A stretch of 62,593 nt of DNA, filler included. It is 7 parts of 7 records of this genome, joined end to end, with 100 filler letters (N's around TTAATTAATTAA, not from the genome) between each part and the next. Parts side by side here need not be neighbours in the genome. Positions count along the whole stretch, not along the records: positions 15,890 to 38,021 come from DRR723986_28651; positions 38,122 to 45,489 come from DRR723986_28684; 5 more parts are not named here. One strand, given 5' to 3'. The position numbers and the translations under genes are program-made. Every line of letters starts with the position of its first letter. Within the stretch, counting starts at the first letter, position 1. Shown here piece after piece: positions 31,228 through 41,058 of the stretch. The notes beneath the pieces were generated by a model. That model worked only from the letters and a program-made list of their open reading frames with translations. It was not told the origin of the DNA and did no database searches.

Positions 31228-32592
31228 ATGCTTGTTAGCGATACTATTTGTGCCTTGGCAACACCACCCGGAATTGGTGGTCTGGCTGTTATTCGTTTGT
31301 CTGGCCCCGACGCATTCAAAATTGTACAACCCTGTCTTAAGATAAAAACAGATTTATCTGAAGCCGCCGGACATACCATCCATTACGCCACATTTGTAGA
31401 TGAATCAACAGTAATTGATACAGTAACGGTCTCGGTTTTCCAGGCACCGCGCTCCTATACCGGCGAACACAGTGTAGAGATTGGTTGCCACGGAGGAATG
31501 TTCGTTGCCCAAAACATTGTTAGTGCTTTAGTAAAACACGGTGCGCGGCCGGCACAGGCCGGTGAGTTCACCAAACGCGCTTTCCTGAACAACAAACTCG
31601 ACTTGACGCAGGTAGAAGCAGTCGCAGAACTGATTCACGCTGTTTCAACTCCTGGGTCTCAGGCGGCCGCACGGCAATTGACCGGCGGATTTACGTCACG
31701 ACTCGCAGACATCCGTAATCGCCTGATGGACGTCTGTGGACTGCTCGAATTGGAATTGGATTTTAGCGAAGAAGATCTGGAGTTTGTCGATAAGGATGAC
31801 CTGCGCCGGCAACTGCAGGAAATCGATCAAACTTGCCGCGAACTTACAGAATCGTTCCAATCTGCTGAAATTCTGCGCAGTGGATATCACGTTGGGCTCG
31901 TCGGATTTCCAAATGCAGGCAAATCATCCTTGCTAAATGCACTTTTGGGCCGTCGCAGAGCGATTGTCTCCGATATTCCGGGTACTACACGCGATTATCT
32001 GGAAGAAACTGTGCACATGGATGGAATCGCGTTCAAACTTTATGACACCGCCGGAATGCGAACTAGCGAAGACCAAATTGAGATAGAAGGTATTCAACTT
32101 GCCGAATCCATTATCGAACAGTCAAACTGTGTCCTGGTCGTAAACGATGCAGCTACCGGAGCGAACAGCTCCGATAATCTGGCTGACTCTATTCGGACAA
32201 AATTTCCGGGTACAACACTTGTAATGGTCCAAAATAAAATCGACATTGTTAAACAACTTAACAAGTCCGAACGTGCAGACCTTGCAGATATGTATATTTC
32301 TGCAAATAATGGGGAAGGGCTAGAAGAATTACGCAGATTGCTGGTAAAACACGCTGCGTCCAGCGCGGAGCGCGTAAATGATGTATTGATAAACGATCGC
32401 CACGTTAGTCTGCTGCAGCAAGTGTCTCAATCACTCAATAATGCAATTGATTCAATTGAAACAGCGCCATCAAATGAGTTCATAGCGGTTGACGTCAGGC
32501 TGGGCCTCAAAACTCTTGGGGAAGTCACAGGTGATAACTGGAGTGAAGACGTCCTGACACATGTGTTTTCAAAGTTCTGTATTGGGAAATGA
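31228..32592 (+). CDS. mnmE: tRNA modification GTPase MnmE
   Basis: DTICALATPPG, SYTGE, GFPNAGKSS, GTTRD, DTAG, NKID and terminal FCIGK. Confidence 0.98.
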   Translation: MLVSDTICALATPPGIGGLAVIRLSGPDAFKIVQPCLKIKTDLSEAAGHTIHYATFVDESTVIDTVTVSVFQAPRSYTGEHSVEIGCHGGMFVAQNIVSALVKHGARPAQAGEFTKRAFLNNKLDLTQVEAVAELIHAVSTPGSQAAARQLTGGFTSRLADIRNRLMDVCGLLELELDFSEEDLEFVDKDDLRRQLQEIDQTCRELTESFQSAEILRSGYHVGLVGFPNAGKSSLLNALLGRRRAIVSDIPGTTRDYLEETVHMDGIAFKLYDTAGMRTSEDQIEIEGIQLAESIIEQSNCVLVVNDAATGANSSDNLADSIRTKFPGTTLVMVQNKIDIVKQLNKSERADLADMYISANNGEGLEELRRLLVKHAASSAERVNDVLINDRHVSLLQQVSQSLNNAIDSIETAPSNEFIAVDVRLGLKTLGEVTGDNWSEDVLTHVFSKFCIGK

Positions 32593-33060
32593 GCGACACT
32601 TGTTAAACAAGATTTTACTCGTACACCTGAGCTACTGTTCGCCCAGTTTTTGAGCCGACTTGTTTAAGTCTGTGATTCAAGTTCAGATTTGCACGCATTT
32701 GTTTAACAAGCAACATTAACATCGCAGGTGTTTAGACTGCGCGCTGATGCACAATTGCACACTACGTATCCGCGGGTTAGTCAGCTTGGGATTTGTTTGG
32801 GGCTGAAGAGGCAAAGTCTTGCAGGCTTCGCAATCACAGATTTGGGGTTTGGGGACTGGACTTGAGGTTTTGAGCATCAGAGATTTCAGACTTACTGTGA
32901 GCTGGCTGCTTGATTCTCAGGGACTAAACAGAAAATTCATCCGCAAGTTGTAGCCAAATTCCAGGTAGTGCTGCCGAATCCATACAGACCAATTTCAGAC
33001 TTTTTCGGCCTAATGCAGATTGATCATATCATTTGATGTTTCTATTTGCTAAATTTACGT

Positions 33061-33591
33061 ATGCAAGATAAGATTTCAATTCGGCCGATCGAAGAAAACG
33101 AGTTCAACGACTTTGTTGAATTCCAGTCAGAAGCGCTCTATAATACGCCTGAGAGTCATGGTTCCGACTATGAGTCCTATCGCGCACTTTCAATTCTTAA
33201 CAAAGAGCAGTTGTTCGAAAAGATCTTAAACTATCCTTTTGACTTCGTGCTGGGTGCTTTTTTGTCCGATGATTCAATTGTCGGGATGTCCGGTTTTTCT
33301 ATTAAAACCGATTTACCAAAACAACGCCACAAAGGTTATATCTGGAGCATCTATACCTCTAAAGATTTTCGCGGCAAAGGACTTGCGACGAATCTGGTTG
33401 AAGACGTTTTGCAAATTGCCAAGGAAGATGCCGGCTGTGAACAAGTTCTCGTTCGGGTTGCCGCTTCTAATTTGGAAGGTCAGGCATTTTACCGCAAACT
33501 CGGATTTATACAGTATGGAGCCGAAGTTAGAGCCCTAAAACTCGGTCCAGGTAACTATATTGACGAATTGTTAATGCTGCGATTACTCTAG
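33061..33591 (+). CDS. GNAT family N-acetyltransferase
   Basis: FRGKGLA acetyl-CoA motif and FYRKLGF. Confidence 0.88.
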   Translation: MQDKISIRPIEENEFNDFVEFQSEALYNTPESHGSDYESYRALSILNKEQLFEKILNYPFDFVLGAFLSDDSIVGMSGFSIKTDLPKQRHKGYIWSIYTSKDFRGKGLATNLVEDVLQIAKEDAGCEQVLVRVAASNLEGQAFYRKLGFIQYGAEVRALKLGPGNYIDELLMLRLL

Positions 33592-33739
33592 ACTCCCCAC
33601 CACTCTAACTTGTTTATTTTCAATTAGTTAGATCACAGTTGACCCCCTATTTTTGACGCGTTAAAGCGCCTATATTTTGCAATTTTGCAATGGCCTGGGC
33701 GTATGTACTGTTCTGTGCCAAATATACGGGCTTTGTTTT

Positions 33740-35599
33740 ATGCAAAATCACTTTGACATCGTAGTTATCGGCGGAGGTCACGCCGGAATTGAGGCTTCCG
33801 TCGCTGCAGCGCGAATGGGTTTATCAACAGCCCTCGTCACTATGGACCCAAATGCAATTGGACGATTGTCGTGCAATCCCTCTATCGGTGGATCGGCAAA
33901 AGGCCATCTTGTTAAAGAGATTGACGCACTTGGTGGTGTTATGGGACAGCTTGCAGATCGTAGCGGTTTGCAGTTTAAGATGTTAAACACATCCAAGGGC
34001 CCAGCTGTGTGGTCTCCGCGTGCTCAAAACGATATTGCCCTGTATCCACTTTATGCGCGTGAACTAGTAGAAAGTACAGCAAACCTCGCTATCGTTCAGG
34101 CAAAAATCACTGATATCATCGTTAAACAAGATCAGGTTCACGGGGTTCGAACCGAAGATAGAGAAGAGCTATTTTGCCGTTCTGTCATCTTGTGTTCCGG
34201 AACATTCCTCAATGGAGTTATGCACACCGGTATGTGTTCCACCGCTGGCGGACGCATGGGTGAAAAGAGTGCTACGCATATTTCAGATATGCTGGAGTCG
34301 TACGGTCTTGAAAAAGGACGCCTAAAAACAGGTACGCCGCCAAGGCTTGATGCCGCAACTATTGATTTCAGCGTTTGTGAATTACATCCTGGTGACGAAA
34401 ATCCAGTGCCTTTTTCGCACTTAAGCAAGAGCGTTTCCAACCAGGTTATGTGTTATGCCACGGCCACAAATACACAAACACATGATATTCTACGGGAAGG
34501 TTTTGACCAATCTCCCATGTTTACAGGCAGAGTTAAGGCTGCCGGACCGCGCTATTGCCCCAGCGTAGAAGATAAAATTAACCGCTTTGCTGACCGCAAT
34601 TCACACTTGATTGTCCTGGAGCCCGAGGGGATTCAAACTAATTCAGTCTATGTTAATGGCTTCTCTACCAGTTTGCCGGAGGACATCCAGTTGCGTGGCA
34701 TCCGCAGCATTGCGGGCTTAAAAAGTGCCGAGTTTATCCGTCCGGGATACGCCGTTGAGTATGATTTCTTCTTTCCGTATCAACTGAAATTCAGCTTGGA
34801 AACCAAGGCAATTTCGGGTCTATACTTCGCTGGGCAGGTCAATGGAACTTCAGGTTATGAGGAAGCCGCATCACAGGGTTTGATTGCCGGAATTAATGCC
34901 GCTTTAAAATTGCGTGGGGAAGGGGAGTTCCATCTCAAACGTTCCGAAGCCTATATCGGTGTTATGATCGATGATTTGGTCAACAAAAACACTGAAGAAC
35001 CTTATCGGATTTTCACGTCATTGGCCGAATATCGTTTACTTCTGCGGCAGGATAATGCCGATCGGCGGCTCATGCAGTACGGCCATAAGTTTGGTTTGAT
35101 AAGCGATTCATCAATGCAGGCAAGTACTGAGCGTTGGCAGCGCGTTGAGCAGTTTGTGGAACGTGCCGATAGAGTCAAACTCAAACCCGCTACTGTAAAT
35201 CCATATCTCGATACATTAGAGGAAAAACACATTGAGCAAAGCACTCAAATGTCGCTTTTGACACGCCGTGGACAGGTTCGTTTACCGCAACTACTTGCAC
35301 ATGCCGGTGAATTTCAGAGTGAATTTGATGGTTTGAACTCAAGTGAAACCATCACTTTGGCTGAGACAGAGATAAAGTATAAGGGCTACATCGATAGACA
35401 ATTAAAGGATATCAAACGTTTTCAGGAGAATGAACAAAAACGTATTCCTGAGCACTTTAATTATGATAATTTAAAGTCACTTTCAAATGAAGGTCGTGAA
35501 AAGCTCTCCAAGATTAGACCGCAGTCTCTGGGACAAGCTTCACGTATTGCTGGTGTTTCTGCAGCCGACGTCTCGGTTCTAAGCATGTTTTTGCGCTAA
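33740..35599 (+). CDS. mnmG: tRNA uridine 5-carboxymethylaminomethyl modification enzyme MnmG (GidA)
   Basis: GGGHAGIE, SCNPSIGG, KTGTPPR, GPRYCPS and AGQVNGTSGYEEAA. Confidence 0.98.
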   Translation: MQNHFDIVVIGGGHAGIEASVAAARMGLSTALVTMDPNAIGRLSCNPSIGGSAKGHLVKEIDALGGVMGQLADRSGLQFKMLNTSKGPAVWSPRAQNDIALYPLYARELVESTANLAIVQAKITDIIVKQDQVHGVRTEDREELFCRSVILCSGTFLNGVMHTGMCSTAGGRMGEKSATHISDMLESYGLEKGRLKTGTPPRLDAATIDFSVCELHPGDENPVPFSHLSKSVSNQVMCYATATNTQTHDILREGFDQSPMFTGRVKAAGPRYCPSVEDKINRFADRNSHLIVLEPEGIQTNSVYVNGFSTSLPEDIQLRGIRSIAGLKSAEFIRPGYAVEYDFFFPYQLKFSLETKAISGLYFAGQVNGTSGYEEAASQGLIAGINAALKLRGEGEFHLKRSEAYIGVMIDDLVNKNTEEPYRIFTSLAEYRLLLRQDNADRRLMQYGHKFGLISDSSMQASTERWQRVEQFVERADRVKLKPATVNPYLDTLEEKHIEQSTQMSLLTRRGQVRLPQLLAHAGEFQSEFDGLNSSETITLAETEIKYKGYIDRQLKDIKRFQENEQKRIPEHFNYDNLKSLSNEGREKLSKIRPQSLGQASRIAGVSAADVSVLSMFLR

Positions 35600-35824
35600 A
35601 TCATACAAATTCACCGTATTTTTTGACTTTTTGGCGCTTTTGCGTGTTTTGAGGTCATACCAAGGCCATCTTGTTAGTCACGGTGTCTGAAGTTAGATGT
35701 TAATGTTGCTGCAAGTATTTTCGTTCTTGAACTTCAATTCTTCAATCATTGATTGTCGTTGGCACACAGTTTAACACCTCCAACCCTTGGTGTTGGCCTC
35801 GAATCAGGCATTCAAATCCTCTAC

Positions 35825-35840
35825 TGTTCCACGTGGAACA
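35825..35840. promoter_or_regulatory. parS: parS site 1
   Basis: Perfect palindrome TGTTCCACGTGGAACA, which extends to 20 bp (35823-35842). Confidence 0.9.
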
Positions 35841-36017
35841 GTCGCACTGATAGGTATTCTTCTAAAACTCGCACTTGACTCACCCAGCCCTCAGTTACCC
35901 AATCAAACTTTCGAATTAACCATGACTGTGTCGCGTGATATTATTATCTGATGGACAGAAGAAATGGAACCTAGATTAGCCTGTTCAGCGATCTATGATT
36001 CCATGGACAGGACTAGA

Positions 36018-36033
36018 TGTTCCACGTGGAACG
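36018..36033. promoter_or_regulatory. parS: parS site 2
   Basis: TGTTCCACGTGGAACG. Confidence 0.85.
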
Positions 36034-36087
36034 CAGAAACTATTGATCATACATGATTCAATTCAGGTGGGAATAACTGATCACAAT

Positions 36088-36103
36088 TGTTCCACGTGGA
36101 ACG
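36088..36103. promoter_or_regulatory. parS: parS site 3
   Basis: TGTTCCACGTGGAACG. Confidence 0.85.
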
Positions 36104-36158
36104 TAGAAGCTATTAATCATACATGATTCAATTCAGATGGGGAATAACCGATCACAAT

Positions 36159-36174
36159 TGTTCCACGTAAAACA
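36159..36174. promoter_or_regulatory. parS: parS site 4 (degenerate)
   Basis: TGTTCCACGTAAAACA. Confidence 0.7.
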
Positions 36175-36274
36175 ATAGAACTCAAATTGGTGGAAGTTCC
36201 ATGAAACAAAAAGCGGCAAGATGAATTGAAAACCAGCGTTCTCAATCACCTTGCCGCTGAATATCTTTCTGTCT

Positions 36275-37843
36275 TCAGTCTTGAATGTCAATCAGGCGCT
36301 TAATCTCCGCATTATCCAGCGCAAACAGGAAGGTGGACATTCTCGGCCCAGCATCTTTACCGATCAACATGTTGTAGACAATCGTGAAAAACCGTCTTTG
36401 ACGCACCTTCTTCTCGGCATCCTCAATACCCTCACGCTTAGGTATTGCGTATAAAAGCGTATTCAGATCATCCATCGAAGCCGTGTTGGCTGCAAAGTCT
36501 TGTGCCAATCGTACTAACCAAGACTTTTCTTCTTCATTTAGGCTAGAGTAATACTCAGTGTTTTGAGTAGTTAAGAGGTCGTTGATACTCTCTGGCGAAT
36601 ACGCACGCATCCACGATACAGCCTTGTCACGTCGTTCTCTAAGCTCTTCTGCAGTATAAGGCGTACCGATTCTACTGAAAAAAGCTGCCAACTTTGTGTC
36701 ATCACCTTGAAAAATCGGTGCAAAACTGGAAACTTGGCGGAATGGTACACTACTGATCTGGCGCTCATCAATGAGTGCAAGCTCCATTGCACGCAGGGCA
36801 TCCTGGTTGCCCTTGCCAGTTTTCAGTTGCTTTAAACTTCGGTCAAATTCATCATATGACTTTAAAACATCATCATCCAATGCAATGTTGAACTCTTTAC
36901 TTGGAGCAAAACGTGCAAACATCCAACGCAGGATTTCGGGCTGGTAAACTTCCAGAAGGTCTCCTGGTGTCAGAAGCACCCCAGAAGAACCAGACATCTT
37001 AGTTGTCTCACCCTTGAGTTTCACAAAGCCATATCCCTCAAAAATTGGAGCATCAACTCCGTATATCTTCTTGGCTATAACTTTGGCAACATCAAAACTT
37101 CCACCAGGAGTAGCATGATCTTTGCCACCCGGTTCAAATGTGACACCTTCAGCAGCCCAGCGCATTGGCCAATCTACTTTCCACGGAAGTTTGAATTTGC
37201 CGCCATCCTTGATATTAATCTCGTTTTCAAATCCGGTGTCCAGGCAGCGATACTTGACGGTAGTACAATCATCCGAAACACTAAGGACCTCGGTATTATC
37301 CTTGCCAGTCTTCTCGGAATACACTGAAAGCGGGTAATATCCCTCGCGCTCTTCAGCATTCCAATCCTGAGTTCTGAACCGTGCCAGAATATCATAAATC
37401 TCGCGGCGTTTAGATAGGGCCGTAATGATACCATCTGCATAACGCCCGCTAAGATATTCTTTTGTCTGGAACCGATAATCAATGTCAATGTGCATTGACT
37501 TCATCGAATCGATAAACTGCATTTCAAAACGTTCAGCGTAGGACTGACCTTGATTCATTGGGTCTGGAACAGACGTGAGCGGCATGCCGATGTATTGCTC
37601 GTAGGAACTATCAACATTCTTCGGAACCTTGCGGAAACGGTCAAAATCGTCCCAGGAAAAAAGCAAACGTGATTTTTTACCAATCTTTTTTAAAGCTTCT
37701 GCTACAAAGAATGCCGTGGCTACATCTCGGAAATTTCCAATGTGAACTGCGCCCGATGGGCTGATCCCAGCTGCACAGACATATTCATCACGATCAGGTC
37801 GTAGTTGAACAACCTTTTTAGCTACTTTATCTGCCCAATGCAT
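36275..37843 (-). CDS. lysS: Lysine--tRNA ligase, class I (archaeal/spirochaete-like)
   Basis: MHWAD, GISPSGAVHIGNFR, KLPWKVDWPMRW, FEPGGKDH, KMSGSSG and GPR. Confidence 0.96.
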   Translation of the reverse strand: MHWADKVAKKVVQLRPDRDEYVCAAGISPSGAVHIGNFRDVATAFFVAEALKKIGKKSRLLFSWDDFDRFRKVPKNVDSSYEQYIGMPLTSVPDPMNQGQSYAERFEMQFIDSMKSMHIDIDYRFQTKEYLSGRYADGIITALSKRREIYDILARFRTQDWNAEEREGYYPLSVYSEKTGKDNTEVLSVSDDCTTVKYRCLDTGFENEINIKDGGKFKLPWKVDWPMRWAAEGVTFEPGGKDHATPGGSFDVAKVIAKKIYGVDAPIFEGYGFVKLKGETTKMSGSSGVLLTPGDLLEVYQPEILRWMFARFAPSKEFNIALDDDVLKSYDEFDRSLKQLKTGKGNQDALRAMELALIDERQISSVPFRQVSSFAPIFQGDDTKLAAFFSRIGTPYTAEELRERRDKAVSWMRAYSPESINDLLTTQNTEYYSSLNEEEKSWLVRLAQDFAANTASMDDLNTLLYAIPKREGIEDAEKKVRQRRFFTIVYNMLIGKDAGPRMSTFLFALDNAEIKRLIDIQD

Positions 37844-38021
37844 GCGTTAATACCTCCGTTTACACCAGAACAAATCTGGGGAAGCCTGGCCAAAAAAAAT
37901 GTAAATTACACTTTTTGTACACGTTCCGCCGCAAAGAAATTAACTCCTAATCGGCGAAGCATAAGCTGTAGAATAACTACACCAAAACTACTCTACTATA
38001 TAGTAGAATTTCGGTATTTAG

Positions 38022-38121
38022 NNNNNNNNNNNNNNNNNNNNNNNNNNNNNNNNNNNNNNNNNNNNTTAATTAATTAANNNNNNNNNNNNNNNNNNNNNNN
38101 NNNNNNNNNNNNNNNNNNNNN
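38022..38121. other. Artificial contig linker
   Basis: N44-TTAATTAATTAA-N44. Confidence 0.99.
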
Positions 38122-38125
38122 GACG

Positions 38126-38400
38126 CTACACCGTGCCTTGAACCGCTCTAATGCCGGCTACGTGAATGATGGCCGTCTGCGGCAACTGGCCAGAACCAGT
38201 AATTACAGCATCACCCAGTGGGATCGGGCCATGCTTGGCCAGCTCCCGGAATGTCTCCAGTCTGCCACGACGCTTGATTGCACCCGAGACGCCTTGCGGC
38301 AGGAGCAGCCACCAAGGAATAATGTTCCGATTCCACGCATTGACGATTACTTCAACGTCTTGATCGAGCAGATCCCCTGGACAACTTCAACATCTGCCAT
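38126..38400 (-). pseudogene. Macrodomain (ADP-ribose processing) gene, frameshifted and truncated
   Basis: Hand translation gives MADVEVVQG, then a frameshift at the G4 run (38374-38377), then DLLDQDVEVIVNAWNRNIIPWWLLLPQGVSGAIKRRG...GDAVITGSGQLPQTAIIHVAGI and a premature stop. Absent from the ORF track. Confidence 0.8.
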
Positions 38401-38402
38401 AA

Positions 38403-38963
38403 TCAACTCACCGCGGGGAGTGTTAGATACTTTGGCGGCACGGCGTCTACTAGCCAAACGCCGTTGGCAGATAGAAAGAACGAATGTCCATCGTTTTCCA
38501 TCTGCGACGCGGCAACGTGCAAAATGATTGGCACACCTCTTCGTGAACCAACCTTACTAGCTGTTGGTTGATCAGCGGATAGATGGACATGATTTCGCGA
38601 ACGCTTCTGCAAACCGCCCGATCGAATACGCTCGATGAATGCCGCAACAGTACCATGATAGAGCACATCGGGTGGCGAGGCTTCAGATAAATTCAGGTCA
38701 ATTCCGGCGACCGAGTGACCTTGACTGGCGCGTATACGCAGGCCGTCGTCGCTGAGTGCAAACCGCCGCTTGTCATTGGTGGCAATGACTTCGTGGACCA
38801 ACTCAAGCGTCAGCGGCTTTCCGCGGTTGTTCGATGCTGCCACCAAGGCATCAATATCAAGCCACCCCTCTCCGTCCAACTGTAGGCCGATAACCTCTGG
38901 CTGATGCCGAAGTACAAGGCTGAGGAACTTGCTTGTACGCAATAGCTCTTTTTCAGAATTCAT
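38403..38963 (-). CDS. kptA: RNA 2'-phosphotransferase Tpt1/KptA
   Basis: SKFLSLVLRH, KRRF, RIRASQGHS, LYHGT, RNHVHLS and NGVWL. Confidence 0.95.
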   Translation of the reverse strand: MNSEKELLRTSKFLSLVLRHQPEVIGLQLDGEGWLDIDALVAASNNRGKPLTLELVHEVIATNDKRRFALSDDGLRIRASQGHSVAGIDLNLSEASPPDVLYHGTVAAFIERIRSGGLQKRSRNHVHLSADQPTASKVGSRRGVPIILHVAASQMENDGHSFFLSANGVWLVDAVPPKYLTLPAVS

Positions 38964-39103
38964 TCTACCATTACCGGCATGAAAACGCACTCCTCCATCC
39001 ACCGGAGCCCTAACACCTCATCAGTCACATACAATGGCTCTGTTCACCAAGGCAGCATTCGGATACGTGGCATGTGTCGCTTGCATTGAGTCGGGTGCTC
39101 TGT

Positions 39104-39922
39104 CTATTCAATTGAAAATCTTAATTCAATAGTAATCTCACGTGAGAGCTCGAACGGATCCGTTCCGAAGATCTCGTTTGTTGAGGGGTAAAAACTAGCC
39201 AATGGGTCACGCGCGGTGTTTGTACCCGTTCTGTAGACGTAGCCGTAGCGAGGGACGCTCCAATTGAAGCCACTGGAGTATTGTGAAACCGCAACTAGCT
39301 TTCCCAGCGACGCACCTGGAATCGAAAGGTGGTTTTGCGCTTCAGCATTCGCTTCGGCGTAGGCACGCTTTCGAGCATCCACTGTTAGTTGTTCATTGAT
39401 GTCCCCGATGTAGAGCGCTCTGATGGGCCGCGATTCGTATGCAGTATGAGCACGAAGTTTCTTGACAAACTTGTGTGGTGCCATAACAATGTCCTGCGAC
39501 TCAACATTCTGAAGAGTCAGGTCAAAGCACAAGTGGCTTATAGCGCTGAATTCGCTGGAAGAACCATCAAATACTAGACATTCTGCGCCGCCCTTGAATG
39601 TCCAATCCCGATTGCTCTGCTCCCATTCCAATATCTTGGGGGTGGTTAGCTTGACGGAATCTGCGTCTATGCCCAAGCTCTCAAGAACATCGCGTGCTGC
39701 GACCGTGTCATCTTTGACGGCCCCCAACGCACCGCTGGGATCTGATGCCGAGGACTCAAACGTTGTAAAGAATCTGATTCGTTCGGCCGGAACCCGCACG
39801 GATTGGGTGCTGGATACAGTGAGACCGTTTCGTTCCAACCAACTGGGGTTAACCGAGGTTTGCCCGGGACAGGGGGCAGTCAACGCAATCAGAACAGGCA
39901 GGACTATGGCGACAGTTTTCAT
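39104..39922 (-). CDS. Exported SIMPL (DUF541)-like protein
   Basis: Signal peptide, GLTVSSTQSVRVPAE, ARKRAYAEANAEA...LGKLVAV and terminal IELRFSIE. Confidence 0.55.
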   Translation of the reverse strand: MKTVAIVLPVLIALTAPCPGQTSVNPSWLERNGLTVSSTQSVRVPAERIRFFTTFESSASDPSGALGAVKDDTVAARDVLESLGIDADSVKLTTPKILEWEQSNRDWTFKGGAECLVFDGSSSEFSAISHLCFDLTLQNVESQDIVMAPHKFVKKLRAHTAYESRPIRALYIGDINEQLTVDARKRAYAEANAEAQNHLSIPGASLGKLVAVSQYSSGFNWSVPRYGYVYRTGTNTARDPLASFYPSTNEIFGTDPFELSREITIELRFSIE

Positions 39923-40440
39923 GGTGGCAATCTGCTTTTTGAGTGAACGACGCAAAACGACGACTCCGTTTTGCAAGTCTCAGCAGATTAACGCGCAAAG
40001 CTTTTCGGTTCAACAAAATGGCATTGGGCGAAATATCCCCTCAGCTATGGACTCCGTCAGATCGTCTTTGGTTCACTGCCAACTCTAGCTGATTGCCTTA
40101 GGAATCTGCCCGAAACCCACCTCACCGTTCGCCAAATCAAAAAGCACTACGAATGGGTGGGCAGCACTCAATCGAAGTCTCCGCAACGTAAGATGCAATT
40201 ATTTGTTCCAAAAATCAAATGAATTCACTGCCTGTTGACGCCGGCTATCCGAAATGTAACTATATGAACCGAACCTCGCACCGGAGAATCAACACTACCG
40301 ATTCGGTTATTGACTATGAAGTCGATACACCTGAAGGTGCAGCGGGGCCGTTGTAGCAATCCTCCTGGCATGGCTAGTCTTAGTCGGTTCGAGTCGTGGC
40401 AGGCCTTTTGTCTATTGCATGATCTTGAGCACAGAACGCG

Positions 40441-41049
40441 ATGACATCAACTGCTAGAAATGCAAAACAACCCAGACGGTTGCTGACGCGACAGATGGCA
40501 TTTTGCGTAATATTTCTATGTAGCTTGGGGGTTTGGATTCTGAACGCTTGGCACGCAAGAAAGCTGTCTCATGAACAGGCAGCTTTGAGAACAGGATTGC
40601 CACAGTTATCTGAAATTAGCGAGCCTCGCTTTGTTCCGTTGAAGACGGTCGGCAAGCATATTACCAGAATTTACTTTGTGGTACCTCAACACTCGGAGGC
40701 TTCACTTTGGCTAGAGTTGCTCAACCGGAGCGAGCCAATTATCTTTGACAAAATCACTACTGGGGCTGAGGGACGGCTGTTTCAAATTTGGTGTGGATTC
40801 TCAACCCCGTCTGAGACCTCCTACCTGAAACTATACATTGAAGAGCTTACTCTCGATGGTGAGGAAATTTTATCGCATCTTGGTCGCGACGATTCGTTCA
40901 GCTCAGCATGTAATAAACAAATGATTTTCATAGCGAACCATGGACAAGTCCGCTTTGCTCCCCAGTCAAGCGGTGAATCCGACCGAATCCAATTGCTGCT
41001 TTCGGAGGAAGGGACCTGCATCGCTCAACTGCGTACCGTTAGCGAGTAA
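40441..41049 (+). CDS. Hypothetical membrane-anchored protein
   Basis: 202-aa ORF with an N-terminal TM segment, in tandem with the next ORF. Confidence 0.55.
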   Translation: MTSTARNAKQPRRLLTRQMAFCVIFLCSLGVWILNAWHARKLSHEQAALRTGLPQLSEISEPRFVPLKTVGKHITRIYFVVPQHSEASLWLELLNRSEPIIFDKITTGAEGRLFQIWCGFSTPSETSYLKLYIEELTLDGEEILSHLGRDDSFSSACNKQMIFIANHGQVRFAPQSSGESDRIQLLLSEEGTCIAQLRTVSE

Positions 41050-41058
41050 GTTCTTCAT

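Larger units (their letters stand above)
36018..36174. repeat. 70-71 bp tandem repeat (two full units plus the start of a third), each unit starting with parS
   Basis: Units 36018-36087 and 36088-36158 differ by about 5 substitutions and 1 indel (counted by eye). Confidence 0.92.

Noticed and set aside
36018-36174. CRISPR array (palindromic repeat at regular spacing)
   Set aside because: The intervening sequences are near-identical copies rather than unique spacers. The repeat is the 16-bp parS, and there are no cas genes.
35600-36274. oriC with DnaA boxes
   Set aside because: No TTATCCACA-type boxes were seen. Only parS sites are supported.
1-37843. Two class I lysS genes as a duplication
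   Set aside because: They lie on different contigs separated by linkers and are of different subtypes, so they come from different organisms.
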